Assembly: GCF_039654945.1 (NCBI RefSeq) | Contig: NW_027361794.1 | Span: 19,840,001 to 19,904,000, forward strand | Reading direction: 5' to 3' | DNA: 64,000 bases | Source of the DNA: Dendrobates tinctorius | Taxonomy: Eukaryota | Part shown: one piece after another, positions 38,085 to 49,549 of the stretch | Layout: every line of letters starts with the position of its first letter | Numbering within the stretch: the first letter of the stretch is position 1 | Program-made: the position numbers and the translations under genes | The notes under the pieces: generated by a model | Databases searched by the model: none | What the model was told of the DNA's origin: nothing | Seen by the model: the letters and a program-made list of their open reading frames with translations, nothing else

Positions 38085-40641
38085 TTAGTGTATGGGCTTT
38101 ACAAGTATAGGAGACCTGCTCCTGTAAACTGGGAAAACATTTTACAGAGACCATCCTCCACATTTCTTCCTTGGGGGATTGGAGTGTGTGCAAATTTTGG
38201 GCAGACGTTGTAGTCACTTCATGGGTATTCAATGCATAAGCAAACAGTATGGCAGTACCAAATGAATACTGGGAACTTTGGTTGCATGTGGCCATCCATT
38301 ACCTCAGTTCAAAGGCTTATTGGGGTGTGTGGAACTTTGGTGCAGGGCAGGCCTTGCATTCAATGCATAAGCAAACAATATGGGAGTACCAAATGAAAAA
38401 TGTGAACTTGGTTTTCCTGTGGTCGTCCAGTACATGGGTTCAAAGGCTTATTGGAGTGCATGTACCTTTGGTGCACTGCAGGCCTTGAATTCAGTGGATA
38501 AGCAAACAGTATGGGAGTACCAAATGAATACTGGGAACTATGTTTGCATGTGGTCATCCATGACGTCTGTTCAATGGGTTGTTGGGGTGCGTCCAAATTT
38601 TGGGTAGCCCTGCCACTCACTGCATACGCAATAACAGTATAAGAGAACCAATGTTTAATAATGGGAACAACAAATCATAGCCAGCTGATGGCTCTCTAAG
38701 AATAGTGAGGGCCGACTGCTGGCCCTCTAAAAATAGACTTTCTCACTTTCAGAGTCCCTCATTCATAAATGAAACAGGATGTGTCTGATGATGTGTCACA
38801 CACCACATGGCCAAAGAAGGTTGTAAACTGTTAAAATTACATTTCCTAGTGAATGCATTTGTCTTGGTTGACAAATGCTAAAGTTGAAAAATGCATCAAA
38901 AATGCTACGTGTTAACATAGCCCAAGTGGTTGAGGAAAAATGCTTCCAGGGGCATTCCCCATGATGTTCCCATGTCATTTTAGCACTGTTTCCATCATTT
39001 TCAGATGTTTTTAGACTTTAGAAGGACCCCCGGGGGAGTCGCAGTAAAAATACTCGGTTTTCCCATATGCTTACATTGGGCTTGTTGCTCAGGTCGAGTA
39101 CCCGAGTATTCCAATTTGCTCAACCTGAGCAACGAGCACCCTAGCATTTTCGTGCTCGCTCAGCACTAGCTGGAACTCTACACTGCAGATGTTGGAAAGG
39201 ATTTGTGAGCAGAAGAGGGCAATTGTTGACTACCAGCATTAACAAGGCCATCAGTATTTAGTTCTGACTCCACACATAAGACCTCAGGAGTGGACATGGA
39301 TGTCAGACATATGTGAAACCTACAAAACTTTGAAGAGTACATCAAGATGGTGAGCGGTGATGTCGCTTCTCTGTATTCTGAAAAGCTCTCTGCTCACAAT
39401 GAAAGAGGATGCATTGCAAGCGGAACACGATGAGACGGAGCAAGGAACCATACAAGGTGATTACACACAGCCCAGCCTCATGTCATTCTAACGTGAATTG
39501 GTTGACAATGATGTGGAGGAAGAACAGAAGCTAGTTTTATGCACTATAGACGGTACTACAAGCACAACTGTCATACTGTCTGTTCAGCATGGATTGCCTG
39601 AGGACAGGGAGAAGGACAGCATGGTCAGTCATCCTCTTGGTAAGGACACGGAAGTCTTGCCTGTTAGCAGTCTGGCATGCATGACTGACTTTATGCAGCG
39701 CTGCCTTTCCATTACCCTCGCATTCAAAAAATTTTGGGTGACAATACTGGTTGGTGACACTTCAAGACCCACTCTACATTGAGAACATTCGATCTCTTAT
39801 TCCAGAGGCAGACAGGTCGACTAAAATGGAGCAGTACCAGAGGGCACTTGTTGCGGAATTATTAAAAAAATTCCCATCTGAAAACGCTGGTGGCAGAGGT
39901 CACAGTTTGTTGGACAACCAAGGAGTAGCGGTGAGAGAGACACAACTCCAATCCAGCAGAGGCAGGGGAACACTGGCAAAGTTCTGGGAGAGTTTTCTCA
40001 GACCCTCCCATCGCACTGGCCCTAAGGCGTGGGGTACTCTAACACAGTGTGCAAAGTTTTGAAAGATGCTGAGGGAGTACCTTGCTGACCGTACCAACGT
40101 CCTCTGTGATTCCTCTGTGCCTTTTAATTTTTGAGTATCCAAGCTGGACACGTAGCATGAACTGGTTTGCTATGCCTTGGTGGTCCTGGCCTGCCTTGCC
40201 GCTATCGTTTTGTCAGAGCGGTGCCGCTGGTGGAATTATAGCTGTTAAGTGCATCCGTCTGTCAACTGAAAATACAGACAGGCTGACTCCTATAAAAATG
40301 AACAAGAGCTGGATTGGGCCAGACTTCTCTACACCACCGAATGATAACAGCGAAACATAACTTCAAACCCAGTTTTAATTTTTGTGATGTATATTCCCGT
40401 GCACCTCTTCACACCCACACATGGGTATACGCTTCCTGATTTTTGCTGTTATCCTCCTCCTTGTCCTCATCCTTATCAGCCATCACCACTAGATCACCAT
40501 GGTAACCGTGGTCTGTGATGCAACAGCCACATTATTGTGTTAAAGGGTGTTTTTGATGTCAATAAAATTAAAAAAAATTTTTTACACATTATGTTGATGT
40601 GTACTCCCCAGGGGGGACATGTTTGTCAGCCCATACATTTA

Positions 40642-42256
40642 AGGCCCCGTCACACACAGCGATCTCGCTAGCGAGATCGCTGATTTTGTGACGCCACAGC
40701 GATCTCGCCAGCGAGATCGCTGTGTGTGAAGGGGATCAGCGATCGGCCCCCCTGCCAGGTATCGCTGATCGTGCTCGATCGGCCTGGGCCATTTTTTGAT
40801 TGCTGGTCTCCTGCTGGCCAGCATGCATCGCTGCATGTGGCAGCAAGAGACCAGCGATCAGCAACGCTGGTTTCTAATGTAAACATCGCAGCTCCTTGTA
40901 TTGCCAACTGTTTAGCAATAAGGTTCGGGTACGGCTTTAAAGAAGGCTACTACTTGGATATAACACAATTTTATTATACAATGATTATAAAACACCAAAT
41001 TAATGGAATGGCAGATATAATATTACCCTGTCTTGTTTACATAGAGAAATAAGCATCAATACATTACCAAGTAGTATTGCAACATCACTTCTCCACTGGA
41101 GGGACCCCACAGTGTCAGTGAGAAGGAAAATCTTGTCATCACAGAAACCGTGCACCCACGATAGCTTCTGGAAAATGTCCCTTGCTGGAAATGTCCCTAC
41201 CTCACTGACACAGGTCCACCTTTTTATACACAATATTCCCACATTCCCTCTGTGCAGTATGCTGAGTCATCAGAATCTTGAAACTGCACAAGACTTCAAG
41301 GTCTGTTTGCTATAGCCTCTTAGTGTGTTTGCACCAACCAGAGATTTGTTTGCCAATAGTATGTCAACCTAGACTCTGTTTGCCTCTGGTCAACTTGTCA
41401 AAGTTGCCTATTACTGTTCAAAGTTCAACATATGTTGCTTGTTACAAAGTTAACTCTTCATGCTCATAGCATAATGCTCTAAGATGGTGGCATATGGTCA
41501 GCATGACTTCCATAATCACCTATTCTGAAAACTGGATACCTATCGTAACTCAGACACACACTCAGACATGTCAAGATATGTATCACAATCGGTCCTCGAT
41601 TATGGATGTCATGCACGACCCAATATTGACTATTATTGAGCACAAGACTTCCTTGTTCAAGCAGCATAAATATTCATTATCTAGACAGTTGTTATTCCTA
41701 TTGTCCTAGCTTATATGTAAGAATATACCACACAACTCTTATATTAGAATACCACACAGAATTAGTTGGAAAGCTTCTTTCCATCAACCACCCCCAAGTG
41801 AAGGTATTCAGTCAAAGCAAATATCACTTGTGTGCAAATCAGGATAAGGAATCTTTGAAACACAGAGCTTCAAAGACCACAGTGCAATTCCTTGTCTTAC
41901 GGTATTGACACAGAGCAAACGCTTTGTGTCTCAGTATCAAAGTCCAGATTACACCCTAGTATTGCAATATAGTGTTTGGATTCAAACAACCATATTTCAT
42001 ATTTGCAATACTTTCTACCCTTGGTCTAATGACCACACTATATCAAAGCATATAAACAATATATTACGATATGTAGGCTATAAGATATCCATATTTTTAT
42101 TAGCACCACACTCCTGGATACCCGATGTTTACATTAGAAACCAGCTTGCTCGCTGGTCCTGATCGCTGGAGGGGCTGTCTAACAATGTCCCAGCGATCCC
42201 ATCCATGTCGGATCGTTGGTGGGATCGCTGGGACATCGTTATGTGTAACGGGGCCT
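40642..42256. mobile_element. PIF/Harbinger-type MITE (~400 bp net) containing a solo LTR
   Basis: TIR aggccccgtcacaca / tgtgtaacggggcct. Flanks are TTA and TAA, so the exact TSD is ambiguous. Confidence 0.85.
40897..42110 (-). mobile_element. Solo LTR-like element (1214 bp), same family as 6469-7672
   Basis: TGTATTGCC...TAGCACCACA termini, 5-bp TSD ctcct; shares ggctttaaagaaggctact and AATAAA with the other copy. Confidence 0.8.
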
Positions 42257-42677
42257 TAAGTGTATGGGCATTACAACCATAGGAGATCCGCTGGGAAAAG
42301 ATTTTTAGCAGGCCCTACTCCATGTCTCTTGAAAGGGGTATTGGGATGCAACCAAATTTGGAGCAGTCCTTGCATTGACCTCATGGGCAAACATTATGGG
42401 AGTAGCAAATTATGAAAAATGGGAACTTTGGTTTCATGTGGCCATCCAGTACGTTGTTTCAAAGGGTTATTGGGGTGCGTGTAAATTTGGGGCAGGGCAG
42501 GCCTTGCATTCAATGCATAGGCTAACATTATCGGAGTACCAAATTAAGAACAATGGGAACTTTGGTTTCATGTAGCCATCCAGTACGTTGGTTCAAAGGG
42601 TTGTTGGCCTGCATGTAACTTTGGGGCAGGGCAGGCCTTCCAGTCAATGTATATGATAGCAAATTAAGAAAAAGGGG

Positions 42678-45037
42678 TGTGACGAGCGTCAGCTTACGCT
42701 GAGTCATTTTCCTTTTGAATGAGTGGACCCTCGGGGCCGTGGCACCCACCCATCTAGTGCGAGCTGACCTAGTGAGAATCCACCCCCTATACAGGGAGTG
42801 TCAGGGGCAAGACCAAGGGGGTGAGCCACCACAGCAGCTGGACCAGATGGCCGGCTCAGGGAAACAAGACAAGGCGAGACAAGACGTTAGTTCAAGGAAA
42901 CTTCATTAAGGAACACTTCTGGGTACAACAGGTGCAAAACGTGAACACACAAAGTACAAAAAGCAAGATGCGTGCAAGGGCACGCCGAGGTCCAAGGCAT
43001 GAGGAACACTTCAGGGTATAAGAGGTGCAAAACGTGAACACACAGAGTACATAGAGCAAGGTGCGTGCAAGAGCACGCTGAAGTCAAAAGCATGGTACGT
43101 GCAGATGGTAGAGGCAGGAGACATCGGTCTCCGGACAGCAGGCAACGATCAACCGGGAAATCAGGTTCTGTAGCTCTGAAGGTGATCAGCAGGTTCCGGA
43201 CATCCGGTAAGCAAACCAGGGTTCCATGCAAGGAGACAAAACAAAGTTAGAAACAGGATGCGTGTCACCGAACACGCCTGGACCAGGTTCACAGGACGGA
43301 GGCCTGCGCATGCCAAGGGGCATGCCAGGTACAGGGACGGTGGCCTGCGTGTGCGAGGAGACACACCAGGGAGAGATACAGGATGGAGGCCTGCGCGTGC
43401 AGAGAGCACGCCAGGGACAAGGTACAAGGACGGAGGCCTGCGCGTGCAGAGGGCACACCAGGGAGAGGCACAAGGACGGTGGCCTGCGCGTGCAGAGGGC
43501 ACGCCAGGGACAAGTACAAGGACGGTGGCCTGCGCGTGTGAGGACACACCAGGGACAGGTACAAGGACGGAGGTCTGCGCGTGCAGAGGGCACACCAGGG
43601 AGAGGCACAAGGACGGTGGCCTGCGCGTGCAAGGGCACGCCAGGGACAGTGCGAGAACAGGGTTAGGGCCTGTGTGTGCAAGAGGGCACGACAGGATACA
43701 TGGCAAAACCTGCGTGTACTTTTATAGAAGTACGGGGAGGTATGCAAAGGGCAGGCGAGGACCTGCGCGTGCTATAGAGAGCACGCAGAGCACAGTGCAG
43801 AAACAGCGTGAAGTGCAAGGAAGCACAGAGAGCACAGCTGGGGCACTGACTAGCTAATCAGGCTGCGGCACTGACAGATGGGCAAGACTCCAGCGAACCC
43901 GACTGAAGCATGGCTGGCGACACAGCTGTCACTGACCGAGCACGGCAGCTGAGGCACAAGCAGGCGGGCACGGCTAGGGCGGGCACGGCTGAGGCACAAA
44001 CAGGAGGCTAGGAAGGCCAGGCGCATGCAAAGGGCACACGAAGCAACAGAGTAAGGCAAGACAAGAAACCAGGCAGAGCATAGGCAGAGTACGGAACTAG
44101 GAACTGAAGCACAGGCAGAAACACGGAGTCAGATCAGAGCGAGAACTGAGCTAGCAGCGGAGCGTAGGCCAAAGCCCAGAGCCAGGCCAGGGGTGAGCCT
44201 TGGGACTAGCCTAGAAATGTGCAAGAGAGCACAATAGGAAAGAGGAGGAATGGTGCGTGTGTCAGAGGGCACTACAGAGCACCATAGGAGAGAGCGAGGC
44301 AAAGACTGAGACCATAGGGAGGAACAAGGCAGAGCAAGGCAAGGTACGGAACAAGGCATAGCGAAAACAGGCAAGGCAGGGAACATAGAAAGTACTACAA
44401 GGCAAAGCAAGGCATGGACAGACATGGCACGAAGGACAAACACTAGACAAGACACAAGACAAGAGACTGAGTACGAGCACGGAGCGTGTGCAGAGACGCA
44501 TGACAGAGCAAAGCGCAAGGACACAGAATAGAGGGAGCGACCCAGCAGACCAAGCAGCCATGCAGGGAAGCAACACAATTCTCAGGCCCTGAGCATAGGA
44601 AGGGGCGGTCTGATATAGGGCATAGCACCTCCACTTCCCGGTCAGAACCAGGGAAGAACTTCCAGTTCAGATCCTCCAGGATCACAGGGAGCAGTCACCT
44701 GATCAGGATTCCAGACATGCAGGGATGATTTCAGAACCAGTGCTGAAACCTAGGCAGGTCACATGATCAGAGTTCCAGACATGCAGAGATGAATGCAGAA
44801 CCAGCCTCTGCTGTAACATAGGAAGGACACATGATCAGGGGTTCTAGACATGACGAGACGATCACAGAAGGCAGACCAGAAACGCAGGCATCCCGCAGCT
44901 CAACAGTCATGAGGTGAGTGTGCACACTGCTCTAGGGAACATGCAGGATAGCAGACATGAGATGCGCGTGCACACCTCTCCAGGGGTCATGAGGCAAAAC
45001 AGGCATGGCGGACATGACAGACATGGCGAGCATGACA
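42678..45037. mobile_element. Large solo LTR (2360 bp) with internal tandem repeats
   Basis: TGTGAC...ATGACA termini, 5-bp TSD agggg, ~48-bp repeats at 43280-43650, no coding motifs. Confidence 0.82.
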
Positions 45038-45355
45038 AGGGGAACTTGGTTTCATGTGGCCATGCAGTACATTGGTTCAAAGGCTTATTGGGGTGCGTGT
45101 AACTTTGGGGCAGGGCAGGCCTTGCATTCAGTGCATAGGCTAACAGTATGGCAGTACCAAATAAATAAGAATACTGAGAACAAACTGCTGTCCCTTTAAG
45201 AAGATTAAAGTCCATCTGATGGCCCTCCTCCTTTAACAGTCCCTCCTTCGTAAATGAAGCAGGATGTGTCTGATGATGTGTCACACACCACATGGCCAGC
45301 TAAGGTTGTAAAATGTTAAAATGATATTTCCCAGTGAATTCATTTGGTTTGGTTG

Positions 45356-46008
45356 TGTCAGGATCCAGTCAGCGCCGGGGAACTGCCACGGCTGAGCAGG
45401 GTTTCTCACCCACACTGCGGGAGGGCCCGGGATCAGATACTGGAGGGAAAGTTCAGGCAGATGGGACCTGCGACGCTGAAGGTAGTAAGAGGCACAAGGA
45501 CCTACGATCATGTGACCACAGGGGGCGGGGCTTATCATCCTACTGCAGAAGATGATTGTAGGATTCTACTACAGGAGTCCTGGAGTAGAGGCGAGGGGAA
45601 CTCAGGTCAGGCAAACATGGAGAGAACGGCGCGACACCAAAGGGACGAGCAGAGAATAGTCAGAACGTACGCAATGAGTCATACATGGAGATAGCAGCAC
45701 AGTACAAGAGGGGCAATCAGAGAATGGTCAGGACATAGGCAATGAGTCATACACAGAGAGGCCAGCGTAGTACAGGAGGGACAGGCAGAACTCGTAACAG
45801 GGACCGAACCAGATCAAAACCAAACAAGCATAAAGTATCACAGGCAAAAAGCACACCAGGGTCACACACACTCGGCCAAGGGTCTGAGTATAAGCGACGA
45901 GAAAAGAGCCCACAATGAGGCTTTAAAAAGCCTCCCAGAATCTCAGAGTGAGGCCATCCAGATTAACCTCTGAACTACCTAATCCCACAAACTAAGCAGA
46001 TCATGACA
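45356..46008. mobile_element. Solo LTR (653 bp)
   Basis: TGTCA...TGACA termini, TSD ggttg/ggttt. The empty site is visible in hAT copy A near 38865. Confidence 0.85.
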
Positions 46009-46480
46009 GGTTTAAAACAATGCTAAAGTTGAAAAACGCATCAAACATAGCCCAAGTGGTGGAGGAATATTTTTGCTTTGGATTATTTATTTGGCCTTAC
46101 ATACAAATCATTACCCTGGAAAAGATGTTTCATAACATACTTCCCAGGAAAATCAATTTTGTTTTTGTTTTTGTATGTTTTATTGTGGGCCCGGAAAAGT
46201 GGAGTAAGACTCTGACAACATGGTTCACAGCAGTGACCTGGGATTCAGAAATGCTTCCAGGGGTCTTCCCAATGATGTTCCCATGTCATTTCAGCACTGT
46301 TCCCATCGATTTCAGATGTTTTCAGACCCTAAAAAGACCACCGGGGGGGGGTCGCGGCAAAAATGCCTGGGCTTCCTATAGACTTACATTAGGTTTGTTG
46401 CTCAGGTCGAGCACCCGAGCATTCCAATTTGCTCGACCCGAGCAATGAGCACCCGAGCATTTAGTGCTTGTCTATCACTA

Positions 46481-47165
46481 ATAATAATGAAAAAAATCCA
46501 CTAATAAATACACATTTTTATGTAAAAAAAATGAAATAAACAAAAAAGTACGCATGTTTGGTATCATCGCATCCGGAAAAATCCGATGTATAAAAGTGTC
46601 ACACTAGTTAACCCCTTCAGTGAACGCTGTAAAAAAAACAAAAAAAATTGCAAATTATGCTTTATCACCATACCGCTTGGAAAAAGTGGAATAAAACGCG
46701 ATCAAAATGACGAATGTAAATAAAAATAGTATAACTGAAAACACCATCTTGTCCCGCAAAAAAGCAAGCCGCCATACCGCTCCATGAACGGAAAGATAAA
46801 AAAGTTATAGCTCTCAAAATACAGTGATGCAAAAATAATAATTTTTTATGTAAAAGTATAAAAGTTTTAATTGTGTAAAAGCGCCAAAACATAAAAAAAG
46901 ATATAAATGTGGCATTGCTGTAGTCATACTGACCCGAAGAATAAAGCTGCCTTACCACTTTTACTACATGCAGAACGGAGAAAAAAAAAACAATTCCTGA
47001 ATTGCTGTTTTTTGTTTATTCTGCCTCCACAAAAATCTGAAATTTCTGAAGAAATTTTACCACTATCATAAAGTACAATATGTGACAGAAAAAAAAATGT
47101 CTCAGAGTCAGCGGGATCCATTGAAGTGTTCCAGAGTTATAACCACATAAAGTGACAGCGGTCAG
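46481..47165. mobile_element. Internal fragment of a non-autonomous piggyBac-like element
   Basis: Reverse-complement similarity to parts of 58334-60438 (e.g. ttatagctctcaa, ccagagttat..c.cataaag.gacag). No termini. Confidence 0.55.
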
Positions 47166-47167
47166 AC

Positions 47168-48539
47168 TTCCTTGTCATCCTCCTTGAGATGGTTCTACTC
47201 CGTCATTGGAGTCCAGCTGTGTTTAATTAAACGGATAGGACTTGATTTGTAAAGGCACACACCTGTCTATATAAGACCTCACAGCTCACAGTGCATGTCA
47301 GACCAAATGAGAATCATGAGGTCATAGAACTGGCCAAGGAGCTCATAGACAGAACTGTGGCAAGGCACAGATCTGGCCAAGGTTACTAAAGAATTTATGC
47401 AGTACTCAAGGTTCCTAAAAGCACAGTGGCCTCCATAATCCTTAAATGGAAGAAGTTTGGGACCACCAGAAGGCTTCATAGACCTGGCCATCCAGCTAAA
47501 CTGAGCAATCGTGGGAGAAGAACCTTGGTGGGAGAGGTAAAGAAGAACCCCAAGATCACCGTGGCTGAGCTTCAGAGATGCAGTAAGGAGATTGGAGAAA
47601 GTTCCCACAAAGTCAACTATCACTGCAGCCCTCCACCAGTTGGGCCTTTATGGCAGAGTAGCCTGGCGGAAGCCTCTTCTCAGTGCAAGACATATGAAAG
47701 CCCGCATAGAGTTTGCTAAAAACACATGAAGGACTCCCAGACTATGAGAAATAAGATTCTCTGGTCTGATGAGACAAAGATAGATCTTTTTGGTGATAAT
47801 TCTAAGCAGCTTGTGTGAAGAAAACCAGGTACTGCTCATCACCTGCCCAATACAATCCCAACAGTGAAACCTGGTGGAGGCAGCATCATGCTATCGGGGG
47901 TGTTTTTCAGCTGCAGGGACAGGACGACTGGTTGCAATTGAAGGAAACATTAATGCAGCCAAGTACAGAGATATCCTGGATGAAAACCTCTTCCAGAGTG
48001 CTCTGGACCTCAGACTTGACTGAAGGTTCACCTTCCAACAAGACAATGACCCTAAGCACACAGCTAAAATAACAAAGGAGTGGCTTCAGAACAACTCTGT
48101 TACCATTCATGACTGACCCAGCCAGAGCCCTGACCTAAATCCAATTGTGCATCTCTGGATAGACTTGAAAATGGCTGTTCACCATCCAACCTGATGGAAC
48201 TGGAGAGTATCTGCAAGGAAGAATGGCAGAGGATCCCCAAATCCAAATGTGGAAAACTTGTTACATCATTCCCAAGAAGTCTCATGGCAGTATTAGCTCA
48301 AAAGGGTGCTTGTACTTCATAATGAGCAAAGGGTCTGAATACTTATGACCATGTGATATTTCAGTCTTTCTTTTTTAATAAATTTGCAAAAATGTCTACA
48401 TTTCTGTTTTCCTCAGTCACGATGGCGTGCAGTGTACATCAATGAGAAAAAAATTAACTTTTTTGAATTTATCAAAATAGCTGCAATGAAATAAAGAGTG
48501 AAATATGTAAAGGGGTCTAAATACTTTCCGTACCCACTA
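47168..48539 (+). mobile_element. Degenerate Tc1 (DD34E, IR/DR type), left end missing
   Basis: ILKWKKFGTT, WSDETKI, FQQDNDPKH, PSQSPDLNPI remnants with stops. Right TIR with a direct repeat (gggtct.aatactt). Confidence 0.9.
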
Positions 48540-48557
48540 TATATATATATATATATA

Positions 48558-49251
48558 CACTCACTGGCCACTTTATTAGGTACACCTGTCCAACTGTGTG
48601 TTAAGACTTAATTTCTAATCAGCCAATCACATGGCGGCAACTCAGGCATTTAGGTTTTTCCAATCTTCTACTGTCCAATTTCGATGAGCTTGTGCAAATT
48701 TTAGCCTCAGTTTCCTGTTCTTAGCTGAGAGGAGTGGTACCCAGTGTGGTCTTCTGCTGCTGTAGCCCATCTGCCTCAAAGTTCGACGCACTGTGCGTTC
48801 AGAGATGCTCTTCTGCCTACCTTGGTTGTAACGGGTGGCAATTTGAGTCACTGTTGCCTTTCTATCAGCTCGAACCAGTATGCCCATTCTCCTCTGACCT
48901 CTGGCATCAACAAGGCATTTCCGGCCACAGAACTGCCGCTCACTGGATTTTTTTTCTTTTTCGGACCATTCTCTGTAAACCCTAGAGATGGTTGTGCGTG
49001 AAAATCCCAGTAGATCAGCAGTTTCTGAAATACTCAGACCAGCCCTTCTGGCACCAACAATCATGCCACGTTCAAAGGCACTCAAATCACCTTTCTTCCC
49101 CATACTGATGCTCGGTTTGAACTGCAGGAGATTGTCTTGACCATGTCTACATGCCTAAATGCACTGAGTTGCCGCCATGTGATTGGCTGATTAGAAATTA
49201 AGTCTTAACACACAGTTGGACAGGTGTACCTAATAAAGTGGCCAGTGAGTG
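48558..49251 (-). mobile_element. Internally deleted Tc1-like element (694 bp) in a (TA)n tract
   Basis: ~95-bp near-perfect TIR cactcactggccactttattaggtacacctgtcc...; TA flanks. Confidence 0.93.
48642..49103 (-). CDS. Truncated Tc1 transposase, DNA-binding domain only (153 aa)
   Basis: MGKKGDLSAFERGMIVGARRAG...HRNWTVEDWK; stops just before the first catalytic Asp. Confidence 0.8.
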   Translation of the reverse strand: MGKKGDLSAFERGMIVGARRAGLSISETADLLGFSRTTISRVYREWSEKEKKSSERQFCGRKCLVDARGQRRMGILVRADRKATVTQIATRYNQGRQKSISERTVRRTLRQMGYSSRRPHWVPLLSAKNRKLRLKFAQAHRNWTVEDWKNLNA

Positions 49252-49549
49252 TATATATATATATACCCACACACCGTATTTTGGGGAAAATGGGGTGCAT
49301 TTTATAATACAGATATACCTTATTATTGGCACGCCGTGGCGGGTGTCCAGTGGCAGTGCTTCAGTGTGTCCAGGTGGTGGTGCTGCGTCCAGGTGGCGCT
49401 GATGCGCTGTGTCCTGGTGGCGGTGCTGCACTGTGCCTCAGTGGCGTTGCTGTGGGGGGTTCTGCCAACATTTTGTGAAAGGCCTGTGACCCCGGCAGAT
49501 CCATGGTTACCTGTGTGGTGGACTCCGGGAAAATGGCCAATATAGATAT

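Larger units (their letters stand above)
34140..39168 (+). mobile_element. Degenerate hAT (Ac/ZBED-like) element, copy A, internally deleted
   Basis: ~146-bp subterminal repeats, BED finger (ICTTC...MIRHMAAKH), LPFRLVE, HLTTDTWTS, CLAHVFNL, HWNS. Right end gtgctcgctcagcacta. Left TIR not seen. Confidence 0.85.
39170..46480 (+). mobile_element. Degenerate hAT element, copy B (3' half, with nested insertions)
   Basis: Restarts at the WNS motif. hATC dimerisation-like tail SGAAGGII...RLSTENTDRLTPIKMNKSWI (~40060-40360). 3' non-coding region parallels copy A; right end gtgcttgtctatcacta. Confidence 0.85.

Noticed and set aside
34645-40360. Domesticated ZBED gene
   Set aside because: Multiple stops, frameshifts, nested insertions and retained TIRs indicate decayed hAT copies.
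43161-44685. Overlapping ORFs of 100-200 aa
   Set aside because: They lie in low-complexity repeats inside a solo LTR and show no domain motifs.
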